Source: Mustelus asterias (lineage: Eukaryota). From it: 64,000 bases of DNA. This document shows, one piece after another, positions 60,548-64,000 of this stretch (position 1 is its first letter; each line of letters starts with the position of its first letter). The position numbers and the translations under genes were made by a program. The notes under the pieces were generated by a model, which made no database searches, was not told the origin of the DNA, and worked only from the letters and a program-made list of their open reading frames with translations. The stretch lies in NCBI RefSeq assembly GCF_964213995.1, contig NW_027590192.1, forward strand, positions 496,001-560,000, read 5' to 3'.

Positions 60548-61950
60548 ATGATGTGGAGATGCCGGTGTTGGACTGGGGTAAACACAGTAAGAAGTTTAAC
60601 AACACCAGGTTAAAGTCCAACAGGTTTATTTGGTAGCAAAAGCCACACAAGCTTGGACACACGCATCTCCATTAAGGACGGTCACCTCAGCACCTCACTG
60701 TACCGCAAGCCCACGGATAACCTCATGATGCTCCACTTCTCCAGCTTCCACCCTAAACACATAAAAGAAGCCATCCCCGACGGACAAGCCCTCCGAATAC
60801 ACAGGATCTGCTCGCATGAGGAGGATCGCAACAGACACCTCCAGATGCTGAAAGATGCCCTCATAAGAACAGGATATGGCGCTCGACTCATTGATCAACA
60901 GTTCCAACGTGCCACAGCGAAAAACCGCACCGACCTCCTCAGAAGACAAACACGGGACACAGTGGACAGAGTACCCTTCGTTGTCCAGTACTTCCCCGGA
61001 GCGGAGAAGCTACGGCATCTCCTCCGGAGCCTTCAACATGTCATTGATGAAGACGAACATCTCGCCAAGGCCATCCCCACACCCCCACTTCTTGCCTTCA
61101 AACAAGCGCACAACCTCAAACAGACCATTGTCCGCAGCAAACAACCCAGCCTTCAGGAGAACAGTGACCATGACACCACACAACCCTGCCACAGCAACCT
61201 CTGCAAGACTTGCCGGATCATCGACACAGATGCCATCATCTCACGTGAGAACACCATCCACCAGGTACACGGTACATACTCTTGCAGTTCGGCCAACGTT
61301 GTCTCCCTGATACGCCGCAAGAAAGGATGTCCCGAGGCATGGTACATTGGGGAAACTATGCAGACCCTGCGACAACGGATGAATGAACACCGCTCGACAA
61401 TCACCAGGCAAGACTGTTCTCTTCCTGTTGGGGAGCACTTCAGCGGTCACGGGCATTCGGCCTCTGATATTCGGGTAAGCGTTCTCCAAGGCGGCCTTCG
61501 CGACACACGACAGCGCAGAGTCGCTGAGCAGAAACTGATAGCCAAGTTCCGCACACACAAGGACGGCCTCAACCGGGATATTGGGTTCATGTCACACTAT
61601 TTGTAACTCCCACAGTTGCGTGGACCTGCAGAGTTTCACTGGCTGTCTTGTCTGGAGACAATACACATCTTTTTAGCCTGTCTTGATGCTCTCTCCACTC
61701 CCATTGTTTTGTTTCTTAAAGACTGGATTAGTTGTAAGTATTCGCATTCCAACCATTATTCATGTAAATTGAGTCTGTGTCTTTATAAGTTCTGTTTGTG
61801 AACAGAATTCCCACTCACCTGAAGAAGGGGCTTAGAGCTTCGAAAGCTTGTGTGGCTTTTGCTACCAAATAAACCTGTTGGACTTTAACCTGGTGTTGTT
61901 AAACTTCTTACTGTGTTTACCCCAGTCCAACGCCGGCATCTCCACATCAT
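60548..61950 (+). mobile_element. 5'-truncated Penelope-like element (RT thumb plus GIY-YIG) with 107-bp inverted termini
   Basis: ORF 60653..61606 has LYRKPTD, HPKH, C..C..C and YIGET; 60548-60654 is the inverse of 61844-61950. Confidence 0.93.
61811..61855 (+). ncRNA. Minimal type I hammerhead ribozyme motif
   Basis: CCACTCAC-CTGAAGA-A-GGGGC-TTAGA-GCTTC-GAAA-GCTT-GTGTGG. Confidence 0.75.
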
Positions 61951-62142
61951 TGCTGATTATCGGCAGCATTTTGTGTTTGGGAATTAGAGCTGGAGATGGA
62001 TGGTCAGTTCCCCTCTGTCCGGGGCTGGGGGATTCACACTCATTTCCCCAGGACACTCATTATCACTGCAACTTTACAGGAGAAAGTCCCCGCTTCAATC
62101 CCCACTGCAAACTTTGTGTTTAAAATTGTTACTGATGATTGT

Positions 62143-62435
62143 CTTTTGATTTATTGTCACATGTATTAGTATACATTGAAAAGTATTGTTTCTTGAGCGC
62201 TACACAGACAAAGCATACCGTTCATAGAGAAGGAGAGAGTGCAGAATGTAGTGTTACAGTCATAGCCAGGGTGTAGAGAAAGATCAACTTAATGCAACGT
62301 AAGTCCATTCAAAAGTCTGACAGCAGCAGGGAAGAAGCTGTTCTTGAGTCGGTTGGTACGTGTCCTCAGACTTTTGTATCTTTTTCCAAGTGGAAGGAGG
62401 CAGAAGAGACAATGTCTGCGGTGCGTGGGATCCTT
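62143..62435 (-). mobile_element. Rex/Babar 3' fragment
   Basis: Reverse complement of 13760-14040. Confidence 0.8.
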
Positions 62436-63452
62436 GTGGTAAATCCTATCAATGGCCAAATGAAAATCCTGATAAATTACATCAACTTCATTGCCATTGC
62501 CAACTCTCTCTGTTACCTCCTCAAAACATTCGATAAGATTGTCCAGGGAAATGTTCCCTTTTGAAATCCATACTGATTTCTCGATTTTCGTATGTTCTGT
62601 CCTTTACTTGGGATTCTATTTATCGACATGAGGCTGACTAGTCTATCATTCACTGAGCATGTTCTGTCCTCTTTCTGAAATGTCGGAATCAGATTAGCTC
62701 TCTGCCAGTCCTCTGGCACTACACATTTAGTGAATTAATTATGAGTAGTACTGTCTGTGCTATCTCTTCCCGACATTCTTTTAAAATGTGAATTTAATCC
62801 ATCCCCTTTAAGTTATATTAGTTTATCCAACACATCCTTTCTTGATTTTAAATGAACTTCTCATTACTCATCTGATCACTCAATTTTTTATTTATCTATT
62901 CTCTCTCCCAGAGTACAATGAAGCAAAAGAATGTTTGAAGATTTCGGTAATCTGTAGATCATTAGCTGTGGTATTGTGCTGTCTGTCCCTTCATAGTCCA
63001 ATTCACATCACAGATTTCCTCTTTTATTGATGTATAAAATATTTCACCATTCTGTTTAATGTTCCATGATAATTTCATAATGCAGGTGTCACTGTGTAAT
63101 GTGCAAGCCAGTAAGAATTATCAGCAAAGATTACTCAGCAGTTTCTAATTGGAGATGTTAATCAGTGGAACTTCTCAGACATTGAATTGTCAATGTTGCA
63201 CCACAGATCAATTTAGGATTGAAGTAATAGTTCAGAATTTTGTAATTGAGTGCCTATCATGAGTTCTTGGATGAAGGAGAGATCAGAGGGTGCTTTCAAA
63301 ACCCAAAACTGCACTCCTGAGAATCAGTAACATCTCCAGAATATTAAACTCCAGCCAGTTATTCTCTAATCGGCAGAAACAAACCAGATATATTCAGATG
63401 ATCAATCCTTGACAAAATTAACAGCAGCAATAACAGAATTCAACAACTGCTG

Positions 63453-64000
63453 TCACTTGTGAACTTGCTGATGTGTCAACAGGTGCTGTGACTGAGTGAA
63501 GCCCTTTCCACACACACAGCAGGTGAACGGCCTCTCCCCAGTGTGAATTCTCTGGTGTGTCTGCAGGTGAGAGCACTGAGAGAATCCCTTCCCACACTCG
63601 GAGCAGGTGAATGGCCTGTCCCCAGTGTGGGTGCGTCGGTGTGCAGTGAGGGCGGAAGAATGTCTGAACCTCTTTTCACAGGAAGTGCAGCTGAATGGCT
63701 TCTCCTCGGTGTGAATTCGCTGGTGTGACCAAAGGCCACTCGAGTGAGTAAATCTCTTCCCACACACAGAGCAGGTGAATGGTCGCTCCCCAGTATGAGT
63801 GCGTTGGTGTGCAGTGAGGTCGGAAGATTGCCTGAACCTCTTTCCACAGTGCGTGCAGCTGAATGGCCTCTCCTCTGTGTGAATTCGCTGGTGTAACATG
63901 AGGCTGGATGACTGAGTGAATCCCTTACCACACATACAGCAGGTGAATGGTCTCTCCCCAGTGTGAACCCGCTGGTGTGCAGTGAGGTTGGATAACTGTC
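63453..64000 (-). CDS. C2H2 zinc-finger protein, 3' part (at least 6 fingers; runs off the window)
   Basis: Open frame from the window edge to HK-TGA. Confidence 0.85.
   Translation of the reverse strand, partial: QLSNLTAHQRVHTGERPFTCCMCGKGFTQSSSLMLHQRIHTEERPFSCTHCGKRFRQSSDLTAHQRTHTGERPFTCSVCGKRFTHSSGLWSHQRIHTEEKPFSCTSCEKRFRHSSALTAHRRTHTGDRPFTCSECGKGFSQCSHLQTHQRIHTGERPFTCCVCGKGFTQSQHLLTHQQVHK

Overview
Vertebrate genomic DNA, most likely a shark (inferred from HE1/V-type tRNA SINEs and abundant CR1, L2, Rex/Babar and Penelope retroelements). The window is a tandem cluster of about 11 C2H2 zinc-finger genes and pseudogenes. Each has a single coding exon and no visible KRAB, SCAN or BTB domain. 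They sit in head-to-head pairs around repeated CpG-island promoter modules (NRF1, YY1, CCAAT and GC boxes), among dense and often nested retroelements, including one apparently intact full-length CR1 LINE with a 50-bp monomer 5' array. Most notable observations: (1) a family-wide 17-codon frame conserved behind UGA-C stops, a candidate readthrough effector peptide; (2) a 5' leader of three dead fingers with shared UGA codons, plus a start codon made from the TGEKP linker; (3) Penelope relics carrying hammerhead ribozyme motifs, with an inverted terminal repeat ending at the predicted cleavage site; (4) promoter and exon modules shuffled or inverted between paralogs. Repeat boundaries are approximate and family names are from memory, not from a database search.
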